Assembly (NCBI GenBank): GCA_964016885.1
Contig: OZ024754.1
Coordinates: forward strand, 1,302,001 to 1,366,000
Direction of reading: 5' to 3'
Origin: Eledone cirrhosa
Lineage: Eukaryota
DNA length: 64,000 nt
Made by a program: the position numbers and the translations under genes. The notes beneath the pieces were generated by a model. The model saw only the letters and a program-made list of their open reading frames with translations. It did not search any database and was not told the DNA's origin. Positions 26,708 to 40,553 of the stretch are shown here, one piece after another (position 1 is the first letter of the stretch; every line of letters starts with the position of its first letter).

Positions 26708-27133
26708 TAAACAGTGAAATGTATTTAGGTCAATATTTTTAGTTCTAATGCTGAAATAAAGCTATGTTCTTTGAAGTATTGAACATTATAATTTGAGATA
26801 TTTTGTTCGGAGCGAAACGTTTTATCCCGAGAGACGGATTTATATCTGAGTAAGTATTGTATTGACGGATATTTCTTGTTGGTTTAAAATAGTTGGAGTA
26901 CTCAGTCGTAGCCCGAGTTGCCTGCGTGCTTGAATCACCACTGATATCTGTCTGTCTGTCTACCCACTTGTCTGTCTGTCTGTCTGTCTGTCAACCTGCC
27001 ACCTCTCTCTTTCTAACTTCATTTAATCACACGCAGTATATTTATACAGGAGTCGACCAGCCGACCAAATACCTACACACCTATATATACTCGTACATAC
27101 GCACACACAACACTCACATGTATATGGGTATAT

Positions 27134-27321
27134 ATAATTGTTTCTACTTTTGGCACAAGGCCAGCAATTACCCAGTGTATTACTGGTACTTTATTTTATC
27201 GACCCCGTAAGGATGAAAGGCAAAGTTAACCTCGGCGGGATTTGAACTCAGAATGGCAAGGGACGTAACTCTATGCGCCAAAGCATGGCGTCCGACCCTC
27301 TACCGATACTGCCAATTCACC
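27134..27321 (-). mobile_element. SINE family 1, full length
   Basis: Reverse complement of the 10370 copy with few differences. Confidence 0.85.
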
Positions 27322-28961
27322 GATGATAGATAGATAGATGCATATATACACACATTATTGTATATGTAATATATACAATGTTTTTTTATATTTCTTTTAG
27401 TATTAGAACAATGTCATATCTATGTAGAGGTGATGCAGTTGACTGAATTATCTCCTGTATATGATTATAACTTATTTTATGAACTTCAAACGTTGTGATC
27501 TCTGGCATGAATTGATCTCAGAAGTCATAGGAATAAAACTGAATGTTAACTCATTTGACTGTTGATCCACCACGTCTGCCGCTTTTTTACCTTATCCATC
27601 AATTTGAATCATTATTAGCGTCGCTCTGATACTGATTTTTTTTACTTGTGTATTCCTACATTTTATTTTCTATAACCTATCGACACATTGTAACAATACT
27701 GAAGACCGACATGACAGTGAGGTTATTTGGCTGGAGTTATTGATCTTCGGAAAGAGGGGAACTTCCCATTTAACGATGACCAAACAAATCGGATCAGAAA
27801 ACTACATTACTTTGGTAAAGGCAAATGGAGAAGAGAGTTAAATGACGTTTCGTTTTCCATTTTTTTTTCTTTGTTAGTCGATCAGCAGCGAAATAGTTTA
27901 GAAGCGTCTCTTTTATGTTGTCGTCTGCTTCAATGGAAAAATTATCGGCTGATATAAAGCGGATGGATAATGCCATATTGAACAGACGTAAGGTTTTCAG
28001 CCCTTTCCGGGGATCAATCAAAGCTGATTACATTGTATTTAGTATTACATTCCTGCACTTTCAAAAAGCTAAAGGGTTATTTTTTTCCTTAGCTTGTTCA
28101 GCTGATAAAACATTCCTCTTTCATCTAAATTTTCCCAACATTCAGAGTCATCTTTCACCACTTGTACAGTGTGTTTGTTGAAAGGATTATCCCTTTAGAT
28201 TTCAATGCAGTATATATAAAACAACCTAGGTCCAATGATATTTTCTATTCAATAAGATAGTAACATTAACGATAGAGAGTTTCCTATCAATATTTACCCT
28301 TTTTATAGCTGAAAAAGTATCGTATGGAAAATATTGTAGAAACAGACGACAGGTGATGCTAGCAAAATGTTGAGAATCGTTCGTATTCTATCAAATTAGT
28401 TTTCAGGCTTTGTTTATCAGAATTGATATTCGATGAATCAAGAATACATAACGATTAATATCAACCCACGTTTAAACGTATCTTCTTATCACAATATTTG
28501 ATATTCTTTGAAAGAAAGCAATGTCTAAAACACATCGTTGTTTTACTTGGTATAAAGATTCTATATCTTACTTAACAGAAGATCTTTGAAATTGTGTCGT
28601 TCATGCTTTTACTAAAATCATTAATGGCGAGAATAAACTGAAATATATGCGATAGAGACGAGTAACTGTATTGCGATCTATGATTTTCAGGATTATAATT
28701 TCATGCGACAGGGATTTCTCGATACTCATGTTAACGTCCAAGCTACACATCAGATTTCTGGTATACAGGGTATATCAGTATTACTCGGTTGAAATACTTG
28801 CAGTAATTATAATTGTGGACATACTCAGGTATTGCTCTGAAACGTTAGTCAAGAATATCGACTTCTATATAAGTTATTGAACTAGAGTTACTTAATAGCT
28901 TTAATTTTAACGTAAAGGGATGTAACTCGATGTGCCGATATACACAATCATTGAACAAGCG

Positions 28962-29075
<114 letters not shown>

Positions 29076-29172
29076 CCGCATGTGGTTGAGGGTGATAAAC
29101 AGGTGAAACTCCAGAGTAACAAGACTCACTCTTTAGCCTTAATAATAACGAATACATATATATATATATATA

Positions 29173-29230
29173 CAAGGGCGGTGCCCCAGCATGGCCTCAG
29201 CCTGATGGCTGGAACAGGTAAAAGAGTAGA
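29173..29230 (+). mobile_element. Probable SINE 3' tail fragment
   Basis: gcggtgccccagcatggcc..ggctggaacaggtaaaaga; a reverse-complement fragment lies at ~10890-10922. Confidence 0.5.
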
Positions 29231-29303
29231 AGAGGATATATATATATAATGTGTGTATCCCGGGTCCAATCGAGGGTAACCACAGTAAGGTACTCAATAC
29301 ATC

Positions 29304-29355
29304 AGCTTTCCTGATGATTTCCTTCGAATGAAACAGTTCTAGTTCTGTAGAAGCT
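29304..29355 (+). ncRNA. Type I hammerhead ribozyme, complete core
   Basis: agctttc CTGATGA t-ttc-cttc-gaa-t GAA ACAG ttctagtt CTGT A gaagct. Helix I has one bulge. Predicted cleavage after GUA at 29349. Lies in a ~120 bp island between (TA)n tracts. Confidence 0.8.
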
Positions 29356-29367
29356 ATTTTTATATCA

Positions 29368-29396
29368 TATATATATATATATATATATATTTATAT

Positions 29397-29427
<31 letters not shown>

Positions 29428-30212
29428 TATATATATATATATATTTATATTTATATTATATATATATATATATTTATATTTATATTATATATATATATAT
29501 ATTTATATTTATATTATATATATATATATATATATATTTATATTATATATATATATTTATATTTATATTATATATATATATATATATATATTATATTATA
29601 TATATTATATTATATATATTATATTATATATATTATATTATATTATATATATTAATTATATATATTATATTATATTATATATATTATATATATATTATAT
29701 TATATATATTATATATATATTATATTATATATATTATATATATATTATATTATATATAAATTATATTATATTATATTATATATATATATATTATATTATA
29801 TTATATTATATATATATATATTATATATTATATATATATATATTATATATTATATTATATATATTATATTATATTATATTATATATATATATATTATATA
29901 TTATATTATATATATTATATATATATTATATTATATATATATATTATATTATATATATATTATATTATATTATATATATATATATTATATTATATATATT
30001 ATATATATATTATATTATATATATATTATATATATTATATTATATATATATTATATATATTATATTATATTATATTATATATATATTATATTATATTATA
30101 TATATTATATATATATTATATTATATATATTATATATATATTATATTATATATATTATATTATATATATTATATATATATTATATTATATATATTATATA
30201 TATATTATATTA

Positions 30213-30247
<35 letters not shown>
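29368..30247. repeat. Pure A/T (TA)n/(TATTA)n array
   Basis: Direct reading. Confidence 0.95.
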
Positions 30248-30251
<4 letters not shown>

Positions 30252-31040
30252 CACACAGAGGGAAAGTGAGAGTTATACATGCTTGAAATCGTGTTAATTA
30301 ATTTAACAAGCCTATGAGCTCTGTACAAACACAAAATAAAGAAAACGTTATACTGAAATTAGAAGACAAAAGACTGGTGATGTATGGAATTGTTTGGTAC
30401 ATGTTTGTGTAAACAATTACCATTTGTACAGAGATAAGGACGTCACCAAGCTGAAGCGTCTATACAGCTTTAAATTCTTTTTTTGCTTGGGAACGAGACA
30501 TGTATACAGTGATAAATAGACTTCGGTCCCAGATATATGTTTGGTTGTCCTGACTGGGATTTATTTATACTTCAATGACACAGCTATTGTTGTTAATTTG
30601 GCGAGGAAATGAGGGAGAGGAAGATAAAGTGGCAGTTTGATAGCCATTCGTGAAGGAACCCGGTAGTAGGAGGGTTGATAAGTAGAGATATCTTAGTGGG
30701 GGTTAGAACAACTGTAGACACCACACACTAAATCTGAGATAAGTTCTAATTCTTAATCATTGTTGTAGATATCTGGATATGTATAAGGGTCCGTGTATGT
30801 TATTGTCTTTGTGTGTGAGAGTGTGTGTGTGTGAGTGTGTTTGTTTAGGTTTATAAATGTTTGTACATATTTGCTTGCTGTTTTTAATGATCCTGCTTAG
30901 CTTTGTGAACCCTGTTTGAAAAACTTATACTTGGCTTACATTCAGTGGTAATATAGGTATTGTCAATAAGCGAAACTGATGAAATATAACAACATTGAAA
31001 TGTGAGTTACATATGATGAAGAAACAGAAATATACTATAA

Positions 31041-31257
31041 TATGGGTCAGCTGAAAAGTTCATAGTCTGACCAAGATACTCTCATGGAATGACTAAATGA
31101 GATTTAAATTTCAACATAGTCCCTGGAAAGAAACAATGCATAATAATAAAATAATACATTATAATAAAATAGAGTTGAAATGAATGCATGCAAGATTTCA
31201 CAGCTCTAGCATCACTCCGTCATAGTCAGTCTCTGAATTGTTCAGTCAACCCTCGTA
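31041..31257. mobile_element. Degenerate mariner-type non-autonomous element
   Basis: Ends gggtcagctgaaaagttca / tgaattgttcagtcaaccctcgta resemble mariner TACGAGGG.. TIRs. Confidence 0.65.
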
Positions 31258-31354
31258 ACATCCTTACATTTTGATTTTATTGTCGATTAATACAGCGAAT
31301 ATAATTTTCATAAATCTAACAGAGAAAACTAAACTTTGACGTTGAGCTTTCAGT

Positions 31355-31525
31355 TACTTCTACCCGTTCAAACAACGCCCCACCCAGGTACTTATACCCA
31401 TTCAAACAACGCCCCACCCAGGTACTTCTACCCATTCAAATAACACCCCACCCAGGTACTTCTACCCATTCAAATAACACCCCACCCAGGTACTTCTACC
31501 CGTTCAAACAACGCCCCACCCATGT
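31355..31525. repeat. 34 bp tandem repeat, ~5 copies
   Basis: Unit tacttctacccRttcaaaYaacRccccacccagg. Confidence 0.9.
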
Positions 31526-31664
31526 AAAAGAAAAAAAAATATTTTCTCATCTCCACGAATTCTGACTTCATCCTTCCCATTTGCTAATTTGAGCAACAAT
31601 TACTTTATACCGGGGTAAACCAAGAGGGTTTTATAGAGTAGAGAGAATAAGTCAATATACTCAG

Positions 31665-33011
31665 CGAGGGATACCACACGAGAGAGACCACACGAGAGAC
31701 CACACGAGAGAGACCACTCGAGGGATACCACACGAGAGAGACCACATGAGCGAGACCACTCGAGAGAGACCACTCGAGAGAGACCACTCGAGGGATACCA
31801 CACGAGAGAGACCACATGAGCAAGACCACACGAGAGAGACCACTCGAGAGAGACCACACGAGAGAGACCACACGAGGGATACCACACGAGGGATACCACA
31901 CGAGAGAGACCACTCGAGAGAGACCACTCGAGGGATACCACACGAGAGAGACCACACGAGAGAGACCACACGAGAGAGACCACTCGAGGGATACCACACG
32001 AGAGAGACCACACGAGAGAGACCACACGAGAGAGACCACACGAGAGAGACCACACGAGAGAGACCACACGAGAGAGACCACACGAGAGAGACCACTCGAG
32101 GGATACCACACGAGAGAGACCACACGAGAGAGACCACTCGAGAGAGACCACACGAGAGAGACCACACGAGAGAGACCACTCGAGAGAGACCACTCGAGAG
32201 AGACCACTCGAGAGAGACCACACGAGAGAGACCACATGAGCGAGACCACTCGAGAGAGACCACACGAGAGAGACCACACGAGAGAGAACACACGAGAGAG
32301 ACCACTCGAGAGAGACCACTCGAGGGATACCACACGAGAGAGACCACACGAGAGAGACCACTCGAGGGATACCACTCGAGAGAGACCACACGAGAGAGAC
32401 CACTCGAGAGAGATCACTCGAGGGATACCACACGAGAGAGACCACACGAGAGAGACCACACGAGAGAGACCACACGAGAGAGACCACTCGAGAGAGACCA
32501 CTCGAGAGAGACCACTCGAGGGATACCACACGAGAGAGACCACACGAGCGAGACCACACGAGCGAGACCACACGAGCGAGACCACTCGAGGGATACCACA
32601 CGAGAGAGACCATACGAGAGAGACCACACGAGGGATACCACACGAGAGAGACCACTCGAGGGATACCACACGAGAGACCACACGAGAGAGACCACACGAG
32701 GGATACCACACGAGAGAGACCATACGAGAGAGACCACTCAAGAGACCACTCGAGGGATACCACACGAGAGAGACCACTCGAGGGATACCACACGAGCGAG
32801 ACCACACGAGGGATACCACACGAGAGAGACCATACGAGAGAGACCACTCAAGAGACCACTCGAGGGATACCACACGAGAGAGACCACTCGAGGGATACCA
32901 CACGAGCGATACCACACGAGCGAGACCACACGAGGGATACCACACGAGCGAGACCACACGAGGGATACCACACGAGAGAGACCATACGAGAGAGACCACT
33001 CAAGAGACCAC
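31665..33011. repeat. 15 bp minisatellite, ~90 units
   Basis: Unit ACCACWCGAG followed by AGAG-type or GGAT-type variants. Confidence 0.95.
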
Positions 33012-33446
33012 ATTTTGTAGAGTCAAACTCATCTAAATCTAATAAAATGTTGTAGTTTGCTCGAAGCATAGTAAATATTATATAAAGTTGAAAGAGATAG
33101 AAGGCTGAACAATGCAAAATGGACTGTAAGATGAGGTAACGAAAAGTAAAAGTTACCTGGTAATCTTTGTTTTGTTTTGTTGTTGTTCTTTTATCTGTCC
33201 AATATTTCGGGACCTAAAATCCTTTCTTCTAAATAATCCCTAAGTAGGGGTGTAATCAGATATTGGATGTGTTGTTTGCTTTTTGTTTTTACTTCATTTG
33301 TTCTATGGAAAGTTGCCAACAGTAGACGTGAGTTCGAAATAGGAAAACAAATAAAACATAAACGGATTTGGGTTTCACCCATTCCTTGTTATGCAATCTC
33401 GAGATATTCCACCGACTCTATGGATCCATATGGTATCGGAGAGAGA

Positions 33447-33517
33447 TCCATGTGAGATCCTGATGTGATATCCATGTGAAATCCTGATGTGATATCCATG
33501 TGAGATCCTGATGTGAT
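33447..33517. repeat. 24 bp tandem repeat, 3 copies
   Basis: Unit atccatgtgagatcctgatgtgat. Confidence 0.85.
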
Positions 33518-34484
33518 TAACTATAGGGCTGTGTACCCATACTGACGTCTTTACTGTCTATGATAATAATCAGCACGTGTAGCAGTCAGGGGTGGGGGTT
33601 GGGGGTATTTTATAATATGGTCTAATGCAATATGGCGTATGGGCTGGATCTTTTCTACAGATATTGCCAAATTCAATTGATTCGACCAGTTTAGGAGGAA
33701 GAAATAGAGTAGATGGATTGAGTTATTGGAAGTCTCTTAGATAACAATGAAGGAAACACTTGAGAGGATTTCGTAAGGGATTAATAATAACAAGTAGAAG
33801 ACTGGGGTTGCGTATGAGGGGGGGGGGGTTAGTTAAGATGATGACGAGGGTGGGGGTAATGGCTGTGACGATGAAACTGCTGCTGCTGATGATGATGATG
33901 GTGATATTAATAATTATAACTATAGCAAGGATTGCAAAGGAGCAATATGGTGATGATCACAAATATATGTATGTTAATGATGATGATGATGATGATGATA
34001 AAAATAAGGGGGGGGGGGGGCATAATGGTAATGGATATGGTATTAGAGGAGAGGGAACATATTTATGACAACATTGGGGAGAATATTCTTCAGGTTTAAA
34101 CTCTGTGGTGAATTATTAATAACTTAAAATAACATTTCACTGGGGCCCACAGCTCTCTATCTCTCTCTCTATATATAACCCTGTGAGAATCAGACGAAAT
34201 TCCAGAGTAACAACCTTAATAAAATGAGTATATATATATATATATATATATACACGTATATATATATAAATACATAATCGGAGAAAGCTAATAGCGATAC
34301 TCCGGCTAAATTCCAACTCACTCAACAAACATTAGGAAATACCTGAGTATATTCCTAATTAAAATTCGGGGTGCTAACTAATTGTATTGTGTGGAAAATT
34401 GGCTGTATCATTTCATACGAGATATATCCAATATATCTCTTCCCAGACGACTCGTTTCATTATAAGATTCCTACAAGTTGGGTG

Positions 34485-34534
<50 letters not shown>

Positions 34535-34627
34535 TTTGAAACAGCCAGCGAGTTTGAAAATAGAAATAGAAGATTCCGCCGTATTTTTGACTAAAGAAAT
34601 TTTAGCCTGATAGTGGGGTTTAAAACC

Positions 34628-34694
34628 CTCTAAGAAATGGAAAAAGATGAGTATTGACGTTACGTCAATATTCATCTTTTTCCATTTCTTAGAG
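34628..34694. repeat. 33 bp inverted repeat with 1-nt spacer
   Basis: ctctaagaaatggaaaaagatgagtattgacgt t acgtcaatattcatctttttccatttcttagag (1 mismatch). Confidence 0.85.
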
Positions 34695-34838
34695 ACATAT
34701 GTTAGACTCTGTATCAAAAGGATTGATTCCGCGAAACATGGAACCTAACTCTGGATCTTACTGAACTACTTGCTAACAGATTACATTGAGTTCCAACTAC
34801 GGTATAGACCCTACCACGAAAAGTAGACTACATCATGC

Positions 34839-34887
<49 letters not shown>

Positions 34888-34892
<5 letters not shown>

Positions 34893-35211
34893 ATAATAAT
34901 AATAACATCCAAAGAGGGCTCGATAAGGATTAATATATATCAAATATATAAGAACCGTAGAGCAAATAATTATTAAAATAACAGATTAAAGTTTAAGTAA
35001 AGAATTGTTTTTCACCGCTCCAAGTAATGACGAATTATATTCGTTTTTTCCCGTTCTTTGCCAGGGAACGTTTCCACGAACCAAAGTATCGTCTTCCTGT
35101 CTTCCTCCGGTTGCAACGTTTTTTGAAATATTCACTTCTGCGTTCATAGATTGACTTTGTTAGTTTCAGAAGATCCCGTTAAGGGTGAAAGCAGCGATTC
35201 TCTGTTATTTT
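34888..35211. mobile_element. Longest family B copy, with inverted segments
   Basis: Reverse tail 34888-35016 followed by a forward ~190 bp segment ending agtttCAGAAGAtcccgttaagggtGAAAGCAGCG..ctgttatttt. Confidence 0.7.
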
Positions 35212-35239
35212 TATCTAAAGACATTCTTTCCAATTCCAT

Positions 35240-35397
35240 CCCGCCCGTTCCCTTAATCTATTTTATTTCTCATTCTTTCTTCTGGTGAAGGACTAGCGTC
35301 GGAAACGTTAAGACCCTCTTCCTGTTATATCAAGCGTTAACCTAATATATCCCTTTCATATACTGTACCGATTGTGTTGTTTCTGTTTACCCTTTAC
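35240..35397 (+). mobile_element. Family E copy with degenerate HHR
   Basis: tctt CTGGTGA aggactagcgtcg GAAACGT T aagac; collinear with 4575-4735. Confidence 0.7.
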
Positions 35398-35828
35398 ACA
35401 CACACGCACACGCACACGCACACGCACCTATCTATGGCTATTTTCTGATACATGTTTTTATAATTCATTGAATTTGTTCTTTCTCTCACATTCTCTTTCT
35501 CTGTTTCTTCATTCAGTTAACTTATTCTCTTTCTTTCACCCTTCCTTCTTCCGCCTCATTCCCTCTTCCTCCCCGACACCTCCATCACTCGTTCTCCCTC
35601 ACTCCCCCCCTCCCCTCACTCTTCGTCTATCATTTTTCTATTCGAAGATTTTCTATATAAATCTACTCAGCTAAAACTTCCACACACACCCAACCGCTTC
35701 CATCCCACACCACCTCCTCCACACACCACCACCTCACATCCCCCTCCACCACATCCCCGCCTCTTCACCAACTCCACCACACCCCCACCTCCACCTCCAC
35801 CAACTCCACCACACCCATTCTAAATATA

Positions 35829-35878
<50 letters not shown>

Positions 35879-36546
35879 TATTGCCGATCCCACTTCCAAA
35901 TTCTTTCTATTGTTTTCTTAAAAGAAGTAAACCTAACCTCACCCCACACCCCCACGAAAAACAACAACAAACATAAAAAACAACAACAACAACAAAGAAA
36001 AAATCACCAGAAAATTACGAAACAAACAAAACAAAACAAAACAAAACAAAACAAATACATCTTAAAACAACAGCAAAAAACAAAACCGAAACACACAAAA
36101 AAATGGGGATAAAAGCTATTGTGTATAGCTAAGTGTTATTAAAGTAATATAATGCTGACTAGACACTGGATGGATTTCAAGACTTTGCTAGAAGACTGAA
36201 TCACTTAGCTTGACAGAGATCGTTAAGAAAAGCAGCCATTTTCACTGGTTAACGTGGATTTCTACCGATAAATGATGGAAGGATTTTAACTAATGGATGT
36301 TAAGGATGATGGAAGAGGGGCTAACCTGTATAAAGGAGATTATGTATATATACGCACACGTATATGTATGTGTATATATACATATATATACGTGTGTGTG
36401 TGTGTGTGTGTGTGTATGAGAGATTAACAAAAATCAGGCAAAATTTAAACTTAGTTTGTATTCTAAAAACTCGTATTTATGGGACACAATATACTTATGA
36501 ACACATTTGGACAGTAATTAACACACACACACATATATATATACAT

Positions 36547-36588
<42 letters not shown>

Positions 36589-36866
36589 GCATATATATGT
36601 ATGTATATATATATATATATATGTATATATAAGCTGATTGTTATTTAACCTGATTGTATTTTCGTTGTTTTGGTGGTATCTGTGACTATGTCCCCTTAAC
36701 AACAGTTTTCAATTTGTCACACTTTTTTTAACGTATGTTACTTACTCTAAGATGTAACCTATCGATTTATCGATACATTCTTATTGAGTGCTTCGTGCAA
36801 ATTCGAATTGTTACTTCGTAGATATTGGCCGACTGCCATAACTTCGATTTTACTAACCTTCCACTC

Positions 36867-36910
<44 letters not shown>

Positions 36911-37139
36911 TTATATATATATTTTATATTTGAATAAAAGAAAATAATGACTTCACATGTAGTTGTCATTCAAGGTTCGATCTGTATCGATCTAGCCCGA
37001 CTCTGTAATCAATGGCTCCTCACACCTTTGTGGTAGTAATGACAGAATGAACCTACAGTAACACAGAGAGAGAGGAGAACGACCGAGTGGTGATGTGAAA
37101 GAGTTAACGATATGAATGAAGATGAAATCAACATTAGTG

Positions 37140-37202
37140 ATACTTTATTTATCGACCCCGGAAGCCTGAAAGGCGAACTAACCTCGACGGGAGTTGAACA
37201 CA
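37140..37202 (-). mobile_element. SINE family 1 core fragment
   Basis: tactttatttatcgaccccggaag..tgaaaggcgaa..aacctcgacggga. Confidence 0.6.
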
Positions 37203-37568
37203 GAATAATAAAACATTGCATTTAAGCAAAGAAAATAAAAAAATCTCGTACTGTAACTATATGAAATCATAAATATATACATGTACACACACACACACAC
37301 ACACGTACACACACACTCACACGTACACAAACACACATACACACACACATACACGTACACACACACTCACACGTACACAAACACACGTGCACACACACAC
37401 ACCTACAAACACACGTACACAAACACATACATATACACACTCATACACATATACACACACACACACACATAAACACACGTACAGAACTGCACAGAAACAC
37501 ATGTACATGTATACACACACACACACACATACACACGTACACAAACACATACACTCCTACAGAAACAT

Positions 37569-37661
<93 letters not shown>

Positions 37662-37699
37662 AAGAGAGTCACAAATAAATATTAATGAATGAAGTAACA

Positions 37700-37780
37700 C
37701 TTTCGTGACGGAAGTGCTGTGACATGTGACCTGTAGCCAGCAATTCCGCCATCTTTAAAACACTGTCATCTGTCAAACTA
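37700..37780. promoter_or_regulatory. Candidate cis-regulatory cluster
   Basis: ETS CGGAAGTG (37709), E-box CATGTG, YY1-like CCGCCATCTT (37746) and two TGTCA within ~75 bp. Motif match only. Confidence 0.3.
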
Positions 37781-38531
37781 CTCCACACTGATATTGTCAG
37801 CCTTAACCGATGTTTTCTGCAACACCATTTCAATGCCATCGTTTCTGTTATATATTCTCTACCCCACCCAGCTTCACCACCTCAGCCTGAGCTCAGCTTT
37901 TCCACCCCACCCTAGCCCCAGCCCAGCTCAGCTCGCCCACCCCAGCCAAGTCCCCCACCCCCAGCTATTTCATCCACTACCCATCTCCTACCTACAAAAC
38001 AATAATCTTCGCATTAAACACCTCCTTCTACTCAATCTCACACCACCTCCTCCTCCTCTTACAACTACCACTACCACCACCACCACCACTACTACTACTA
38101 CTGCTACTACTACGGCTTATCTTTCTTTTGTCTTTTTTTCTTTTCTGTTTTCTATCTCCCTTATCGATCACTCACTCTTTCGTTCTTACTCGCTCCCTCC
38201 ACACCCTGTTCTTTTCCCCCCATTTCTTCCTCTCACACTCTTCCTGCCACTCTCTCCCCATCGCCGCCCACTCTCACTCCATCACCCCCACTCTCTTTAT
38301 ACACACACATACACACACACACACTCAAAAGAACATCTATTTTATTAATACTTATATTTTAATATTAATAACTCCTGAAACATTTTTTTTTTTTACCGTT
38401 GAGTGCTTCCAATCTACTGTAAAACTCATTCTTTGACATAATCATCGAATATTGTTTATCAATTTAATATATAAATATATATATATATATATTTATATAT
38501 ATAAATAACTGTCTATCTATCTATCTATCTA

Positions 38532-38597
<66 letters not shown>

Positions 38598-38924
38598 CGT
38601 CTCTGTGTCTTCCACTTCTGACGCCCAGCTTCTCTTACCCTCTGATTGGGAGCAGGGGGGTGTGTGTGTGTGTGTATGGGGGGGGGGGGGGGTTATCACG
38701 TTTTACGGAAACAGAATCACTCAATTGCAGTCCCTCTTAATTCAGACATTTCTACCCGTATCTTATCTACCTCTGTATATCATCTCACCACCACACCCTG
38801 CCCCGCTCTCCCCCACCCTCACCACACCCTGCCCCACTCCCCCCACCCTCACTACACCCTCCTCTACATCTCTCGCCTGTCTCTTCTCACGATCTTTTTA
38901 TGATTGTTTTCATTCGATGTTACC

Positions 38925-39070
38925 ATCGTTGTCGTCGTCATCGTCGTTGTCATCGTCGTCATCGTTGTCATCGTCGTCATCGTCGTCATCGTCGTCATCG
39001 TTGTCATCGTTGTCATCGTTGTCATCGTTGTCATCGTCGTCATCGTCGTCATCGTTGTCATCGTTGTCAT

Positions 39071-39104
<34 letters not shown>

Positions 39105-39214
39105 ATCGTTGTCATCGTTGTCATCGTTGTCATCGTTGTCATCGTCGTCATCGTCGTCATCGTCGTCATCGTTGTCATCGTTGTCATCGTTGCCATCGTC
39201 ATCATCGTTGTCAT

Positions 39215-39248
<34 letters not shown>

Positions 39249-39709
39249 ATCGTTGTCATCGTAGTCATCGTAGTCATCGTCGTCATCGTTGTCATCGTTG
39301 TCATCGTCGTCATCGTTGTTATTGTTGTCATCGTTGTCATCGTTGTCATCGTCGTCATCGTTGTTATTGTTGTCATCGTCGTCATCGTTGTTATTGTTGT
39401 CATCGTTGTCATCGTTGTCATCGTCGTCATCGTTGTCATCGTTGTCATCGTCGTCATCGTTGTCATCGTTGTCATCGTTGTCATCGTCGTCATCGTTGTC
39501 ATCGTTGTCATTGTTGTCATCGTCGTCATCGTTGTCATCGTTGTTATTGTTGTCATCGTCGTCATCGTCGTCATCGTTGTTATTGTTGTCATCGTTGTCA
39601 TCGTTGTCATCGTTGTCATCGTTGTCATCGTCGTCATCGTTGTCATCGTCGTCATCGTTGTTATTGTTGTCATCGTTGTCATCGTTGTCATCGTCGTCAT
39701 CGTTGTCAT

Positions 39710-39770
<61 letters not shown>

Positions 39771-40294
39771 ATCGTTGTCATCGTTGTCATCGTTGTTATT
39801 GTTGTCATCATTGTCATTGTTGTCATCGTCGTCATCGTTGTCATCGTCGTCATCGTTGTCATCGTCGTCATCGTTGTTATTGTTGTCATCGTCGTCATCG
39901 TTGTCATCGTCGTCATCGTTGTTATTGTTGTCATCGTCGTCATCGTTGTTATTGTTGTCATCGTCGTCATCGTTGTTATTGTTGTCATCGTTGTCATCGT
40001 CGTCATCGTTGTCATCGTTGTCATCGTCGTCATCGTTGTCATCGTTGTCATCGTTGTTATTGTTGTCATCGTTGTCATCGTTGTCATCGTCGTCATCGTT
40101 GTCATCGTTGTCATTGTTGTCATCGTCGTCATCGTTGTCATCGTTGTTATTGTTGTCATCGTCGTCATCGTCGTCATCGTTGTTATTGTTGTCATCGTTG
40201 TCATCGTTGTCATCGTTGTCATCGTTGTCATCGTCGTCATCGTTGTCATCGTTGTCATCGTTGTTATTGTTGTCATCGTTGTCATCGTTGTCAT

Positions 40295-40355
<61 letters not shown>

Positions 40356-40501
40356 ATCGTTGTCATCGTTGTCATCGTTGTCATCGTTGTTATTGTTGTC
40401 ATCATTGTCATTGTTGTCATCGTCGTCATCGTTGTCATCGTCGTCATCGTTGTCATCGTCGTCATCGTTGTTATTGTTGTCATCGTCGTCATCGTTGTCA
40501 T

Positions 40502-40553
<52 letters not shown>

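Noticed and set aside
31600-33117. 400-460 aa ORFs on both strands
   Set aside because: Translations of the 15 bp minisatellite.
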